Of a stretch of DNA of 64,000 nt, positions 11,520 to 21,782 are shown piece by piece. The DNA is taken from positions 124,001-188,000 of the forward strand of contig CDROCS010003798.1 in NCBI GenBank assembly GCA_977020255.1, written 5' to 3'. The number at the start of each line of letters is the position of its first letter. Positions within the stretch are counted from its first letter, which is position 1. The position numbers and the translations under genes are program-made. The DNA is from Obrimoposthia wandeli. Taxonomy: Eukaryota. The notes under the pieces were generated by a model. It was not told the DNA's origin. It saw only the letters and a program-made list of their open reading frames with translations, and searched no databases.

Positions 11520-11949
11520 AGCATTTCTTGTATGCACAATGCTCTCCATGTTTAATATATGGATAATTGATATTTGATAGATTTAATTGTTTTAATGTTT
11601 TCGAGTATTTTATCACTCATAATTCAGGAAAATATTTATTGATTGTCTTTATTTTAGCTCCATTATACTCATATAAAACAAAGAAAATTGATTTGAATAC
11701 ATCACATCAATGTTTTATTTACTCAGTTATTTCTTTTATCTTCAACTAGTTTTAGTCGATGGTAATGCTTAATGAGATATCTATTTATTTTTCTTGATTT
11801 TCTAATTATCATACCCCATATAGGTTGCATTTTAAAAACATAATGTTTAGGATAGAAGATTGCATCCACATCCATTATACATAGTTCTTTATTACAAATT
11901 CAGTATTATTATCAATAAAATCTTTAAAATCAATAAAATAAACAGACAT
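11520..11949 (-). pseudogene. Broken ORF relic, possibly an RNase H-fold/DEDD-like nuclease
   Basis: Starts MSVYFIDFKDFIDNNTEFVIK, then with a frameshift LCIMD; resembles the hDhQGF..nneFivKEL pattern recalled from Polinton/viral ORFs. Several frameshifts. Confidence 0.3.
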
Positions 11950-11986
11950 TTTTTATACAAATAATTTTATTTGATATTGTTTATAT

Positions 11987-12349
11987 CTATTGTTTATGAT
12001 TTAACCAAAGCAGACAGAGTTGTGCACATGACTGTGTTAAAACACTTTGATAATGTTTCTTACTAAAATGTACTTTCTTTCCAGAATCAAGTACTGTAGA
12101 TATTAATTTAGAAGGGTAATATATCCCAAAGGGGTCAAAAACAAAGATTTCATTTTCTTTAACATGTATTGCAATACAATGTTCACCATGCAAATTAGAT
12201 GAATGTGTATTGATTACATATCCACCTAAACGAGTCAAAGAGGGGATGTGATCAAGACTGTAGACTCCATTGAAACGCGAACCGAGTAGTTTTCTTCCGC
12301 TTTTTGTTATCTCGTCCGAACTAGAATATATAGTAATTAATAAATTCAA
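11987..12349 (-). CDS. Adenain-like cysteine protease
   Basis: VINT..GEH, FDPFG, YQS..TQSCAQLC: His/Asp/Gln/Cys catalytic set; ORF intact. Confidence 0.88.
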   Translation of the reverse strand: MNLLITIYSSSDEITKSGRKLLGSRFNGVYSLDHIPSLTRLGGYVINTHSSNLHGEHCIAIHVKENEIFVFDPFGIYYPSKLISTVLDSGKKVHFSKKHYQSVLTQSCAQLCLLWLNHKQ

Positions 12350-12393
12350 ACTGACTTACTTCATTTATATCTTCTTTATTGTTTTCATTCTGT

Positions 12394-13605
12394 TTATACT
12401 AGTACTGTTCCTCCCTTGGTAATTTGAACCTCAGAATCGAATACTCCATAGATTATAATATTAGTAGGATGTTCAAGTGCTTTTGAAAACTTGATTTCTA
12501 CTTTCAAATTTCCCTGTTTAGGGATTTGAGCTTGATTAATATTGAAATCAGGAGAGAGAACAAATGTGAACAGTGTATACTTGTCCTTGAAATCAGTCAT
12601 TGAAATTCCAATATTAGCATCCTTATCCAAATGACCAAGATTTCTAATTAAAGATTGCACATAAGAAAACACATAATCATTATTTTCAAAGTCATTCGTA
12701 TAAGATTCTTGATAATCAATATTTCGTGCAAGTTTAATTGAGCTCACATTCATGTGTCCAAATTGAGAAACCTCATTTTTAGACTTACCTCCATAGGTAG
12801 AAGTGTTTTTGAAAGCAATTAAAACAAAGTTTAAAAGTTGCATACTACCAAATATCTGATCATTGTAATAAGATTGTGCTCCCGTAGGGATAGCATGAGA
12901 AACAAGATTAGTTTTTCTAATAGGATAACATGGATTTTGCTTCTCCAACCCTATTCGATGTGCAACGAGTACAGATGGTTCCACCTTTACTCTACAAACC
13001 AGCAGTTTTGCTTCCGTAATCTCAATTGCTGCTTTAATAGTATCAGCGCAAACAACACTAAAACCTACTGGATTTCTCTTCATTCGAATGTGTGCCCTTA
13101 CACCGGGTAAAATATACTTTGGTTGCTTAAATAAATCCAAATGTAGACTCCCACAAAGTGACAATCAAAGCTGTTCTTTTTTTTCATCATCATCAAATCC
13201 AATTGCATCAAGATTAATCAATTTCGTATCATTACCGTAATTCAGTAATGTTTCAATCATTGCTTTATGGGTGTAACTAGTATTATGTCCCTAAATTTTC
13301 AAATTATTGAGACTGATAATCACATCCTTGAAAAGAGTATGCAACATGAAATTAGCTAATTTGATATATAAATCATCGTCCAAATCACCTCCTCCTTCCT
13401 TTGTAACTTTCAATTAAACGAGAAATAAACTATCGTTCTAATCAAGATATTGAGTATTGGATCCATTTATTTTGAATCCTAAATCCGGAGAAGTAGTCCC
13501 GTTAGCCGTATTTGTCGGAAAGATTTCTTCAAAACTAGCACTATCAACTACAACCTGAGGTATAGGTTTATCGAATATACACAATTCAGTTTTAGCACAA
13601 CTCAT
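12394..13605 (-). pseudogene. Major capsid protein (double jelly-roll), four in-frame stops in the 5' third
   Basis: MSCAKTELCIFDKPIPQV... continues in frame through stops into ORF 12394-13164 (GSLHLDLFKQ.KYILPGV; GNLKVEIKFSKAL..PTNIIIYG.FDSEVQI). Confidence 0.85.
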
Positions 13606-13712
13606 TACTTAAAAATTGTTCCACCTAGTTTCAAACGTTTGTTTATACCCGATGCTTTACATGTTTTCTAACGTTTATAACCACTTCCCTTTTGAGTTTT
13701 CTTTCTCAAAAA

Positions 13713-13967
13713 TTAAGCTAGACTTGGAGAAATTTCATTCACCTGGTCCAAGGCTGCATCCTTTAGTGTGGGAAGAAATTTCTCATCACCAGACAAGTAT
13801 TTTGATCCAACATTAGCAATAAATTTCCCGAGTCGCTTGAGTAGTGGGAAAGCAAAACGACCAAAAACTTTCCGCCATCCTGATCCATACTGTTTTCCCA
13901 CAAAATATGGCAAATCACCTCCTTGCATTGGTTTACTATACGCATCGATTATACTTGAATCAATCAT
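13713..13967 (-). CDS. Small Polinton core/membrane-lytic-type protein with adenain site
   Basis: MQGG|D site, QYGSG motif, then a basic amphipathic helix (WRKVFGRFAFPLLKRLGKFIANVG). Confidence 0.6.
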   Translation of the reverse strand: MIDSSIIDAYSKPMQGGDLPYFVGKQYGSGWRKVFGRFAFPLLKRLGKFIANVGSKYLSGDEKFLPTLKDAALDQVNEISPSLA

Positions 13968-14985
13968 AATTTACGAAAATGAACCGTTAAACTTGTTTTA
14001 TCTCCGTAAGCAAATGTAATTAATCTTCCAGAATAATTACGTATATTAACTTCAATATTGTTAATAGAAGAAGAACTCACTGGAATATACATTGGATTTT
14101 CAATTGGAATATGTATAATATCACAATACTTGTGCTTTTCCTGTTGAACCCAAATTTATTTATTAAGGGAAGTTTAGTTCCTCCTACGAATATTGGTTCA
14201 GTAATACTCGTGTAGATATAAATCTGATTATATGCATTAGTCATTTTAGGAATAATCTTTGCTTTGAAAACCTCATTTTTATTTTCAAATTCATTTTCAT
14301 CAAAACCGATAATTGAGGCTAATGATTTATACATGACAACTTTAACAATATTTGATTTCAATTTGAAATGAATCAATTTATTAACTAGTTTAAAGTTTTC
14401 AAATACATTTGGTAACATTGTTTTAAAATGTTTACACATGCTTTAACATTCGGGAAAAAGAAAAACATTGGGAACTGAATATAATTTCCTCTCGCGTTTA
14501 GTGAATCTGCTTTTTATCTTGAATGTAATTATCGGATACTTGATGTGTTTATCCATAATTCCCGAAAACACATGTTTACCTTTTTCAGGATTAGTTGGAA
14601 ATCCTTATTGTTGTGCAACAATCTCATCACTAAAAAACTATTTCAAAATTATCCCTTTTCCTATAATTTGAATTCGATTCTCTTTATTTAAAAAGATTGT
14701 GAAATCATCGCCCGCCTTAAAACGAGCCAAATCCATTTGACCCTTATCAAATAGTAAAGTCACATCAGTTACTTTATCAGCTTCTTGTTGAGTAATATAT
14801 TCAATCTCAGTTTCACTTTGAATATATAGAGGAGAGTAATTGAAAGAAAATTCCGTAAGAGCAGCTTCCCAAGCACCAGGTAAATTGATTGAACTTTGAT
14901 AATCAATACTAAAACTAGTAGCAGTATTATTCGGTTGAGTTAATGGTGAACCAATACTTGGCAATACAACATAAATTTAGTTCAT
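13968..14985 (-). pseudogene. Minor capsid (penton, single jelly-roll) protein, disrupted
   Basis: MN*IYVVLPS..PNNTATSF..WEAALTEF at the N-terminus; IYIYTSITEPIFVGGTKLPL and TVHFRK-like end. Start overlaps the integrase stop (ATGA). Confidence 0.78.
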
Positions 14986-16010
14986 TCTATTTGAGAAGCT
15001 AATATACAACTAGGTTCAGTATATCCATGCCACTTAACACGATATTGTTTATGCTTTCCTCTCCCTTTTGTCTCTAAGATTTCTTGAATTCTATATACAT
15101 TTGGTTTCTCAGGCAAGACTTGTAATTCCTCGTGATAAAATTTACCCGTGATTACATTATTGCTCTCATCCTCAATGAAATACATTCCCGGTACATGTTT
15201 ATTATCAATTTTAGTTATACGAAATACTTCATCGCTCCAATTATCTTTAAAATTCTTTATAAAAGGAGTAGTACTAATTTGAGAAATACGTACATAATCA
15301 CAAACTTTATACTTGGGTTTCTTTACAACTTGACTTTGGTTACGGCGTTGCCAAATTTCCATAGCATTCTCATCTGTAACATCAACATGTCTCTTTCGGT
15401 TTAATGATGAGTGCTCACTATGATTGTATGCATGTATTATTTGAGGTAAAACAGTTACCAAGGACTTATTTCCCTGCTTTGTGAAATACCTTTTCAATCG
15501 ATCTCTCAATGTTCGATTAAAACGTTCAACTAAAGCAGCTTTATATTGAGAAAATACTGAGTAATGATTAATATTATGTTTTTTCAATAGTGCACTAACA
15601 TGTTTATTAAAAAACTCCTTTCCATTATCCGTTTGGAAATTTCTTGGTTTTATTTCTTTAATCAAAAGCTCCAATGCCTCTAAAACATCGATACCAGACT
15701 TAGACTTTAATGGAATAGCTCGTGCGAATCTGCTAAAGACATCAATACAAGTTAAAATATATCGATGTCCACCGTTAATACTCGCATTGGGAATCAATTC
15801 CATAAAATTTGCTTACCATAAATCATTCGGGCCGCTCGTTTTGTATGATCTCGTTGGGAACCGACTTCTCATTGGTTTGTTTAAGCTGTAAGCTAATTGA
15901 TTTCTCAACCACACCTGAGTTTCCTTTTTCCCCTTTTTTGTCTCATTTGCTAATTTTGAAACCCCTGTGTAATCAACGGGATGACTTGGATCGAACCATA
16001 TTTTCTCCAT
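14982..16010 (-). pseudogene. Retroviral-like DDE integrase with C-terminal chromodomain, one premature stop
   Basis: ORFs 15813-16010 and 14982-15803 are in frame across W*ANFME (expected WQAD, so first catalytic Asp appears as Asn); FQTDNGKEF, VERFNRTL, YRVKWHGY. Confidence 0.92.
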
Positions 16011-16107
16011 TGCAGCAAGACGATTTGATTTTTAAATTGAATTTAGGAATAGATGGAAGTGATCCCATATATAAATTCATATTATTGATTCGAATTTATG
16101 TTTATAA

Positions 16108-16530
16108 TCATCGGTTTATTAGTCTACTAGCAAGTGCACCAACTATTGAGCTAATAATTGGTACGAGAAATCCTAAAAATCCACCACTTTGCTTATAAAG
16201 CAACTTACGTTTACCGATTCGTGTTTTGGCATGAAACAAAGCAAGTAGAGGTTTCTTATGCCGATTCAGGTTAGCCTTGACAATTACTTTACCAGAAACT
16301 ATTTTCTGTATCATATTAAGTAAATCATCAATTACAAAAGTAGGGAATTATTTAAGAATAGCTGGGCGGCGAATAGCAGGTGCACGCATGAGAGAATTGA
16401 AATAGGCAATACTCCTAGATTTCTTAACAACACTTCTTTTCGATTTTTGAGCAACCATTTTCCTTGCACTTAAAACTGATTTAATCAATTTTTTAACTTC
16501 GGGTTTAACAGTTTCCTTTTTAAAATTCAT
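16108..16530 (-). pseudogene. Basic core-like protein with adenovirus pX-like C-terminus, one in-frame TAA
   Basis: ORFs 16348-16530 and 16108-16314 are in frame (33-nt gap); ends KQSGGFLGFLVPIISSIVGALA, similar to pX GGxLPxLIPxIAAAIGA. Confidence 0.6.
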
Positions 16531-17177
16531 CTTCGAGAAACTGGTTTCTTTATTTGTTTATAGACGATTATTCCTGATGGATTGAATACATCAGTTCTAA
16601 CTTTAAAGTCATCGGGACAATCTTGAGTAAAATCAATAAAAATGTATCCATGAGGAATAGTAGTTGCATCTTGAAATGAATCAATTAAAAACTTTCTATT
16701 ATTCGGGTAAGCTTGTCTTGAAACAAAATCAACAACCGTCTGATCACGTGGATTCTTGAAGAGAACAAGGTAATGTACATTTAAATTACGAGTTCTATGG
16801 TTCTCTCCTTGATGAAATAGATTTTGTGTGATGAAAATAACAGTTACTTCCCGATGTCGTGCTATTTTAGTGAATAAATTATTGAAATCACTCTCTTTAT
16901 TTGCTTCTTGATATAAATCATCAATAACAATAACATCATGTCGTTGTAATCGCTCAGACCAATTATCATCAAATCCATTAATGACTTTTATATTTTTGAT
17001 TTTCTTAAACTCTTTACTGGTTAAACCGGCTTCTCCATCTCCTCCCTGATGCCAGTATATCTTATTAAACTTAAAAGTAAAGTATTTATTATTTTGTAGA
17101 AACTTACATACAAAATGATTTTTCCCACTACCACTAGGACCTACAATCTGAAAAACTGAATTATTTTTTAAGTTCAT
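16527..17177 (-). CDS. A32/FtsK-like genome packaging ATPase
   Basis: Walker A GPSGSGKN, Walker B VIVIDD, RHREVTVIFITQNLF, YLVLFKNPRD; intact. Confidence 0.93.
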   Translation of the reverse strand: MNLKNNSVFQIVGPSGSGKNHFVCKFLQNNKYFTFKFNKIYWHQGGDGEAGLTSKEFKKIKNIKVINGFDDNWSERLQRHDVIVIDDLYQEANKESDFNNLFTKIARHREVTVIFITQNLFHQGENHRTRNLNVHYLVLFKNPRDQTVVDFVSRQAYPNNRKFLIDSFQDATTIPHGYIFIDFTQDCPDDFKVRTDVFNPSGIIVYKQIKKPVSRR

Positions 17178-17178
17178 A

Positions 17179-17595
17179 TTAAAAATAATAGATTATCGGG
17201 ATAATGTTTATAAGACAAAACTCTTTAAATTTTTTTATTATAATACATCCACTAAGAAACAATAAAAAACTCTTCTCCCAGAAAAAGCTCCTTTTCTCTT
17301 CTTTTTTTGCAAATTCTTCTTTCTTCTGATTGTATCCCAGAATGAGATGATTGACTGCCTTGTCGTGCACCATTCTTCTTACCTGTTCCTCCAAGGATAG
17401 ATTTGAAACATCAATGAGTTTCAGGACATCTTCTTCTATGACATTCTTCGAGATGAAGCTCTTCACCGCCTTGTCAACATTTTGCTTGAAATAATTTGGA
17501 GTAGACATAATGAAGAAGCAATAAAAAGTAATCTGCTTATATACTATACATCTGAAATCTGATTGGTTAATAAATACACTAACTAATAAAGACAC
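17179..17595 (-). CDS. Hypothetical Polinton protein (likely true start MSTPNYFKQ near 17508)
   Basis: Open frame with coding-like composition between the ATPase and the phosphatase; no motif recognised. Confidence 0.45.
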   Translation of the reverse strand: MSLLVSVFINQSDFRCIVYKQITFYCFFIMSTPNYFKQNVDKAVKSFISKNVIEEDVLKLIDVSNLSLEEQVRRMVHDKAVNHLILGYNQKKEEFAKKEEKRSFFWEKSFLLFLSGCIIIKKFKEFCLINIIPIIYYF

Positions 17596-17640
17596 TGACT
17601 AATAAAGACACTGATTAATAAAGATAAAGACGAATAAAAT

Positions 17641-18207
17641 TTACACATGATAACGATTAAAAATACGTATATGATGAAGCATAGCTTCATTAGGAGCAGC
17701 AGTAGTCCGTTTAGCTTTAACACGATTGGAAGCAGCAGTAAGACCCATCGAATGAGATAAAAATGCAATAACAATGCAAGCAGCATGTAAACTACCATAA
17801 TGACCACATACTAAAATCTTACCACCATTTTCGATAGTTTCTTTAATTATATTATTAGTCTGTTTATAATATCTCATTATTGTTTCTCCTAATTTTGAGT
17901 TTACAAAGACAGAAGTATATTTTAATTTCTTATAAGATATCTTATCCAGTATAGATGAATTGATTACATGAGTGAAATCGGAGTTCAAAAGTGTAGTTTC
18001 ATCAAACTCATCTCTATAATTACCAATATATAATTGATTTACTAAAATCTCACTCATTTTTGTTTTGTTTAATTTTTCTACATTAAGTTGAGTTAATCTA
18101 GCACTAAACAAACTATCAAAAATATGGGTCATGTGGTTCATTTCCATACTGGAAGCATGAGCTATTATGGATTCCATAAAATCCAAAGCATTTAAAAATC
18201 TAATCAT
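17641..18207 (-). CDS. Dual-specificity phosphatase-fold protein with degenerate active site (pseudophosphatase)
   Basis: QLYIGNY..FTHVINS, KILVCGHYGSLHAACIVIAFL in place of VLVHCxxGxSRSATIVIAYL, VKAKR...PN; intact 188 aa. Confidence 0.8.
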   Translation of the reverse strand: MIRFLNALDFMESIIAHASSMEMNHMTHIFDSLFSARLTQLNVEKLNKTKMSEILVNQLYIGNYRDEFDETTLLNSDFTHVINSSILDKISYKKLKYTSVFVNSKLGETIMRYYKQTNNIIKETIENGGKILVCGHYGSLHAACIVIAFLSHSMGLTAASNRVKAKRTTAAPNEAMLHHIRIFNRYHV

Positions 18208-18242
18208 CTCTTATCTTCTTCAATAATCGGATCTATAATAAC

Positions 18243-18410
18243 TTATTCTATCGTCACTTCATCAATAGTTTCTTCTCTTTTCATAACTGTTGTTGTTGAT
18301 GTTGCTGGTGATGATGTTGCTGCTGGTGATGATGTTGCTGATGATGTTGCTGCAGGTGGTGATGATGTTGCTGCTGCTGGTGAACATGTTGCTGATGTGA
18401 TTTTCTCCAT
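18243..18410 (-). CDS. 55-aa Ser/Ala/Thr/Pro-rich mini-ORF
   Basis: MEKITSATCSPAAATSSPPAATSS...EVTIE*, with TATATAAG about 26 nt upstream; below the ORF-track cutoff. Confidence 0.4.
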   Translation of the reverse strand: MEKITSATCSPAAATSSPPAATSSATSSPAATSSPATSTTTVMKREETIDEVTIE

Positions 18411-18640
18411 TTTATCAATTCAGAGTTAATTTACTCTTATATACTAAACGATATGCTGATGAGGCTTCGAAGTCCGAAATGGTAAGTATTGAATGTTACT
18501 TACAACCATTCCCTTGTTATTAATATTCACTAATTTGATATTGTGAAGTAGCATTTCTGTTTATTATAAACTGATTTCTTCTATTTATACTATTTTAACA
18601 TCTATTTATAGATTACATGTCTTTGTTTAATTACCTATGT

Positions 18641-19630
18641 CTAACCTAATCTAATATTTCTTACTCGTCTAATGATAATTGTCTTGCAATATGGACATGG
18701 AATAAAACGATCTGAACATTTAATACACGTGTTTAAGTGTCCACATGGTAAAAATGCCACGGAAATCGTATCTGTCATGCAAACAACACATTCGGGATTT
18801 TTTAAGAGGTACTCGAGATAATTTATACGATGTTTTGGTTCAGATTTTATTTCTAAAGATCTTAAATCCGTTATAAACTCATATATAGAATCATATTTGT
18901 TACCGAATGTTTTAAATCTATTAACTAAAACGGCTTTGATTCTATCATGGCTATAATCTCGTTTCAGCAAAACTATTTGATGAGTTTCCATCTGAGCATC
19001 AATTTAATCATTACTAATATGATATTCAACAATACATCCGTTCTTGATTCCCATATTAGATTCTTTACAATCTTGAGTATGAAAGATTCTTTCAGGTATA
19101 GTATCAATAAACTCAAGCCGGAGTACTGCTTTCTGACAGAAACAACATCGATATGAATCATTCCAAATATATACATGAGGGAAAATCGATAATGTAGGTA
19201 TTTCAATATCATTAGAATATGTATTACGTACAATAACTACTTTATCCATTGGAGTTGAATCAAAATCAATTTGCTTGGTGCTGGAATCAATTATTGGTAC
19301 GTTTGAAACATTCCTTTTCAAAACAAACGGGCATCTTGGGAAAAATAGCTGATGCCGCTTCATTGGTTTCAGATAGTACTCCCATCCCGATATTCCTCCC
19401 TGACAGTAAATACACTTTACATTATATTTTGAATCATCGTGCTTGTAAAATCCTGCTTTTGCTAAAGCTCTCTTATCCGCTAAACCAGTAAACTTTGCTT
19501 GTAGTGATTCTAATCTTCTTTCTTCATATATCATATTTTCATTTCTTCTTGAAATCTTGTCAAAACGTTGTCGTCTAATGCTGAGTTCTCCATTTTCCGA
19601 AACATAATATCCAATAAATTTAGTAGTCAT
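18641..19630 (-). pseudogene. Inhibitor of apoptosis (BIR + degenerate BIR + RING), split by one in-frame TAA
   Basis: EERRLES..LAKAGFY..VKCIYC..W..H..FPRCPFV (BIR), second CCFC..H..C, C-terminal CVVC..AFLPCGH..C..C..CPYC RING. The two ORFs are in frame with a 12-nt gap. Confidence 0.85.
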
Positions 19631-19779
19631 AACATTGAATGTAGAAATTGTCTAGCTTATATAGTAAGTGAACATCTATTTTCAGTAACATTCTTAGTAT
19701 TTACAAGAATAGTCATGTGATGTCTTTGTCTTAAGAATAAAGCAGTATAAACAATATTTTGCTAATGATTTTATTGAAA

Positions 19780-20459
19780 ATGAATAATCAAAATAATCAA
19801 AATAATCAAAGTAAAGCTAGTACATATATAGGTTCCGGTAGTAATTTATATTCTAATATGAATTATAATATAAATAATCAGAGAGAAAATATTAATCCAT
19901 CAAGTCAAACAATAACAAGTCCTACGCGCGTAACCGAAGAACGTAAGCCCTTTAAGGATATGACTAATACTAAACTATTTTCATAAACAAGAATGTTAAC
20001 CAATTGAGACTAAACGACTTTCATAAACAAGAATATCGACCAATTATAATTGAGCTTTAGAGGATAAACAATTGAATATTTCAATTTATAATTGTCAATA
20101 TGAATTTTGAAAAGCTATATCAACCTATGCATACATATTATGGATATGAGATGCACTTTTTGAAGAAAGCTCATAACTATAATTTTATTTTTCCCGTCAA
20201 CATCGAGCCGCTTAAATTTGATTTTGAAATATCAAATTTGACTTCTGTGGATAAAGAGAGGATCAATATTATCTTGACTCAATTCGGAATCAACTATGCG
20301 CTTCAGGAAAACAAATTCGTGATCAAAGGATCAAATGCCACTTTCAAGCATGAGAATGGAACAATATACGAAGTACCTCCTCCTAAGCAAGAATGGATTC
20401 TCTTAATCAGAATTCAAGGATGCAAGGTCGGACCCAGTGGATTGGAAACTCCAACATAG
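19780..20459 (+). pseudogene. Unknown Polinton gene on the opposite strand (Asn-rich N-terminus plus ORF 20100-20459), probably one frameshifted gene
   Basis: Two ORFs bridged by coding-like sequence in shifted frames; TATAAA near 19745. Confidence 0.4.
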
Positions 20460-20567
20460 AAAATAATTGAAGCTGTTAGAGTTGACTAATAAATTTTTGT
20501 GTCTTTATTTGTATTATTTTATTTTATATATAAACAATAGTGATACTTTAATAATAATATTTATTAT

Positions 20568-20922
20568 GAAAATGACTAAAAAACCTACTAAATCATTAAA
20601 GTCGAAAAAGACTAAGGTATAAATATGATGTAAACTATGAGTAAAAAGAAAATCATGGGGGGTTTGGGTATTCATATGATGGTAGGAAATCTTTTAGGTA
20701 GATGGTTTGGTGGAGTTGATAAAAAAGCTATAAAAAAAAGAATGTGGATTATATTAGAGGGAAAATGGGAATGGATATACAAAAAGGAGATGGTATACAA
20801 AATGGGGATGGTATGCTTGATATTTTTGTAAAATTAGATAAAGTTGTAAAAGCATTTGAAAAGGATCCTAGTGCATATCTTGGTAGAAAACCTTTACTAA
20901 AACCTCCAAAGTGTTTGTAATT
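20568..20922 (+). pseudogene. Basic Gly-rich core-type protein, frameshifted in a poly-A run
   Basis: KKIMGG|LG adenain-type site; after the shift DIQKGDGIQNGDGMLDIFVKLDKVVKAFEKDPS...KCL* (QxGxG motifs). Confidence 0.45.
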
Positions 20923-21769
20923 ACATAAAGTTGCAATATAGATGCAGTACGTGACTGTCTTTGTAGCTATTGATGACTGTCTTTGTTAGACACTCAGACA
21001 CACACACGTGATTGTCTTTGTAGATATTGATGAATGTCTTTCTTAGACACTTACACACATACATGCCTGTATAAGAATAAATGAAGTACGTGACTTGTTA
21101 CTATTGATTACATAAAGATGCAAGTATTTGCAATATAGATGCAGTACGTGACTGTCTTTGTTAGATAGATACACGAACGTTTAAACATATTTATCAAATT
21201 ATATAATACTTTATTTTATAAGTAGATAATATAATTTAATTTAGTTTAATTGAATTTAGTTTAATCATATTTATCAAATTATATAATACTTATTTTTATA
21301 AGTAGATAATTTAATTTAATTTAAATAAATTATATAAGTTTGAACACACACACACACACACACGATATGTATTTTGGTGAAGACTGCATATTAATACCAC
21401 CTTTAGATAAAAAGATATATAGTTTTAAAGTATGTTACTAAAAATAAAATATGAGTCATCGATGAGTCATCAATGAGTCATTAATTAGTCATATTTTAAG
21501 CTCACCGTGACCTTAAATGACATTGTCCTCATGACGTCATGACCTTAAATGACCTTGACCTCATGAGGTCATGACATTGACTTGACCTCATGAGGTCATG
21601 TCCTTATTGTGACCTTAAGCTGGGCTCAAGGGGGTATGCTCAAAACGTCTTTGTCCTGAGCAGAGGGGGTCATGACCTACATTTTGTCCTCACCGTGACT
21701 TTAACTTGACCTACAATTTTGTCCTCATCATGACCTGAGCTTTTTCCAGAAGTCACACATCCACCTACT
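20914..21769 (-). repeat. Right TIR of the Polinton (~856 bp, complete)
   Basis: Inverse of the left TIR plus ~180 bp outer extension ending CCACCTACT; has an internal ~55-bp duplication and an expanded CA tract; flanked by GTATCT. Confidence 0.92.
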
Positions 21770-21782
21770 GTATCTCAGGTTA

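Larger units (their letters stand above)
7417..21769 (-). mobile_element. Polinton/Maverick (adintovirus-like) endogenous viral element, degenerate
   Basis: Long TIRs enclosing pPolB, adenain protease, MCP, penton, DDE integrase and A32-like ATPase. Right end reads 5'-AGTAGG on the minus strand, matching Polinton 5'-AG termini. Confidence 0.97.

Noticed and set aside
9301-19491. Plus-strand ORFs antisense to Polinton genes (e.g. 9301, 9847, 10482, 10781, 12838, 15132, 15809, 19249)
   Set aside because: Shadow frames of recognisable minus-strand genes, no motifs.
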